Source of the DNA: a bacterium
GTDB lineage: Bacteria > Patescibacteriota > Minisyncoccia > UBA6257 > 1-14-0-10-44-23
Assembly: GCA_030699515.1 (NCBI GenBank)
Contig: JAUYME010000066.1
Span: 1 to 33,120 of the forward strand
Length of the DNA stretch: 33,120 nucleotides
Direction: 5' to 3'
The position numbers and the translations under genes were made by a program. Positions within the stretch are counted from its first letter, which is position 1. The number at the start of each line of letters is the position of its first letter. The notes under the pieces are model-generated. The model saw nothing but the letters and a program-made list of their open reading frames with translations. It did not search any database and had not been told where the DNA came from. This document shows positions 32,120 to 33,120 of the stretch, piece by piece.

Positions 32120-32358
32120 CCCACAATGCTGTTATGCCCAGGCATAACAGCATTGTGGGAAGTGGTTAGCCCGTCCAGCGCACTTCCTTCGGCCCCGCTC
32201 AAGATAAACAAGGCAGGCAGGGTAAACGGGGTAGGCTAGGTGGTTAACTGAGTGGTTGACTGCTTGGTAGAGTGCTTAAGCCTCATGGATAGAGGGGTTC
32301 TAGTCGATTTGGAAAAGAATTATATAATTTATTATATAATAAATTATATAATTCTTTT
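32120..32358. repeat. Composite module B: hairpin 32120-32159, GGTGGTTAAC/AGTGGTTGAC (32239-32248, 32251-32260), aagcctcatggata, A/T-only palindrome 32313-32358
   Basis: Same order as module A (8703-8875), with an extra ~65-nt GC-rich insert after the hairpin. Confidence 0.8.
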
Positions 32359-32362
32359 TTTG

Positions 32363-32408
32363 GATGCTATATCATATCCGGCCGGATATGATATAGCATC
32401 TTGTTTTT
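32363..32408 (+). terminator. 38-nt perfect palindrome plus T-tract
   Basis: gatgctatatcatatccgg|ccggatatgatatagcatc ttgttttt. Confidence 0.65.
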
Positions 32409-32476
32409 AAACTTGGCAATAAATTGTTAGTATTTAAGTGTTCCTCGAAAATTTCACGACCACGGAAGGAGAATGG

Positions 32477-32677
32477 ATGCAGGAGCAGAAAAGCGCTGTG
32501 GACCCCATGCGCCTCAAGGGGCAGTGGGTGAGCTGTAGGGACCAATGTCGCCCACTCTTCGTTCGCGAAGTGGGTGGCGGTTCCAACCCGCTCGGGCTGG
32601 CTGAGGATGAGCTGGGCAAGGTCATCCTCTGGTCGCCACTGAAGAATGTGGACATCCCCACCGATCTGGGCGTCTGA
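32477..32677 (+). CDS. GC-rich mini-ORF (66 aa), unknown function
   Basis: SD GGAAGGAG lies 5 nt before the ATG. GC-rich third positions. Weak local similarity (C....REVGG....P....EL) to the 8952..9188 product. Confidence 0.5.
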   Translation: MQEQKSAVDPMRLKGQWVSCRDQCRPLFVREVGGGSNPLGLAEDELGKVILWSPLKNVDIPTDLGV

Positions 32678-32679
32678 CG

Positions 32680-32843
32680 CTCACACGGAAGCCACAACTT
32701 CCGGCGCTAGGCGCCGGTACGCAACTTCCCGGGGGTCGCCGTATCTGCGGCGACCCCCAGACCCCATAGCCCTTGTAGCTCCCGCCCGTTGCAAAGTAAT
32801 GGGCGAGGCTCGCCCAGCAGCAAAGCTGCTTCGGGCGGCAATG
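32680..32843. other. Chain of GC-rich hairpins, including a second Y-shaped unit (CCGCCC [GGGCGA ggc UCGCCC][AGCAGC aaa GCUGCU] GGGCGG)
   Basis: ggaagcc-acaa-cttcc, ggcgc-tag-gcgcc and gggggtcgccg-tatct-gcggcgaccccc are read directly. All ORFs here look like off-frame noise. Confidence 0.5.
32769..32781 (+). other. Duplicated fragment of the tRNA-Arg 5' end (gcccttgtagctc versus gcctttgtagctc at 32965-32977)
   Basis: 12 of 13 nt identical, same orientation, 196 nt upstream of the intact tRNA. Confidence 0.6.
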
Positions 32844-32912
32844 GACCCCCGCGCGCTTCGCGTGCTGCACCAGAACCAACGAGGCAAGCTCGGGTTCGGT
32901 GCGGGGCAGGAC
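32844..32912. repeat. GC-rich two-hairpin element, copy 3
   Basis: gacccccgcgcgcttcgcgtgctgcaccagaaccaacgaggcaagctcgggttcggtgcggggcaggac. Confidence 0.85.
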
Positions 32913-32964
32913 TCAATAGCCATTAGCCCTGATGTTGTTTGTATGCTTTGATGCGCGTGAATAT

Positions 32965-33039
32965 GCCTTTGTAGCTCAATGGATAGAGCAGTCCCGTCCT
33001 AAGGGAAAGATGTGGGTTCGATTCCTACCAAGGGCACCA
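32965..33039 (+). tRNA. tRNA-Arg(CCU), CCA encoded
   Basis: GCCTTTG TA GCTC AATGGATA GAGC A GTCCC GTCCTAA GGGAA AGAT GTGGG TTCGATT CCTAC CAAGGGC A CCA. Confidence 0.85.
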
Positions 33040-33041
33040 GA

Positions 33042-33070
33042 GTAAATTCTGCGCAGAGCGCAGAATTTAC
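33042..33070 (+). terminator. Palindromic hairpin after tRNA-Arg, followed by CAAATTG/CAAATTT word stutter to the window end
   Basis: gtaaattctgcgc-aga-gcgcagaatttac. Confidence 0.55.
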
Positions 33071-33120
33071 AATTGCAAATTGCAAATTTCAAATTTCAAA
33101 TTTTTAATTTCAAATTTTAA

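Noticed and set aside
32434-32951. ORFs 32434..32697(-), 32622..32879(-), 32646..32951(+), 32681..32923(-) and 32707..32916(-) as genes. Likewise 18768..19031(+) and 19278..19499(+), which translate the GC-rich element (DPR.LR.LHQ.QRGKLG.GAG).
   Set aside because: The substitutions between element copies are compensatory for hairpins rather than conservative for a peptide. The compositions are off-frame-like, and there are no SD or start contexts.

Overview
About 33 kb of an AT-rich, gene-dense bacterial chromosome. It looks like a reduced-genome Patescibacteria/CPR (Parcubacteria-like) organism. This is an inference from several traits: host genes mostly lack Shine-Dalgarno (SD) sequences and often sit a few nt after a TATAAT box; ComEC is split; AspRS lacks the large bacterial insertion domain; EF-Ts is about 147 aa; ATP synthase epsilon has no helical C-terminus. 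Core content: mnmA 3' end, split comEC, CaCA antiporter, aspS, ndk, two ArsR-type regulators, lepA, murB, hpf, secA, NUDIX, cupin, TVP38, DoxX, KTSC, glmS, a prepilin-type pseudopilin, rpsB, tsf, rpmG, pterin dehydratase, a complete atpZ/BEFHAGDC cluster and five tRNAs. On top of this sits an unusual load of small, visibly GC-rich or repeat-built DNA. (1) A group I intron in tRNA-Thr(GGU), with a free-standing HTH-LAGLIDADG ORF whose stop codon lies inside the tRNA 5' exon. (2) A ~67-nt GC-rich two-hairpin element (3 full copies plus one fragment) with compensatory base changes; each copy sits at a gene terminus next to a duplicated or regenerated copy of that terminus (glmS last 12 codons plus stop recoded synonymously, pilin 19-nt exact repeat, tRNA-Arg 5' 13-mer). 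(3) Two diverged copies of a composite module (covarying hairpin, two phased GGTGGTTAAC repeats, A/T-only ~46-50-nt palindrome), each next to a GC-rich mini-ORF. (4) Four GC-rich mini-ORFs with strong SD sites, one interrupted by an in-frame TAG. (5) An in-frame 3 x 37-nt tandem repeat inside mnmA. (6) Unclassified structured RNA candidates, palindrome-bracketed ArsR genes, MITE-like inverted-repeat elements and word-stutter spacers, even inside the atp cluster. No CRISPR array, transposase, integrase or reverse transcriptase is visible. All RNA-family and protein-family calls are made by eye and from memory and need Infernal/HMM confirmation.
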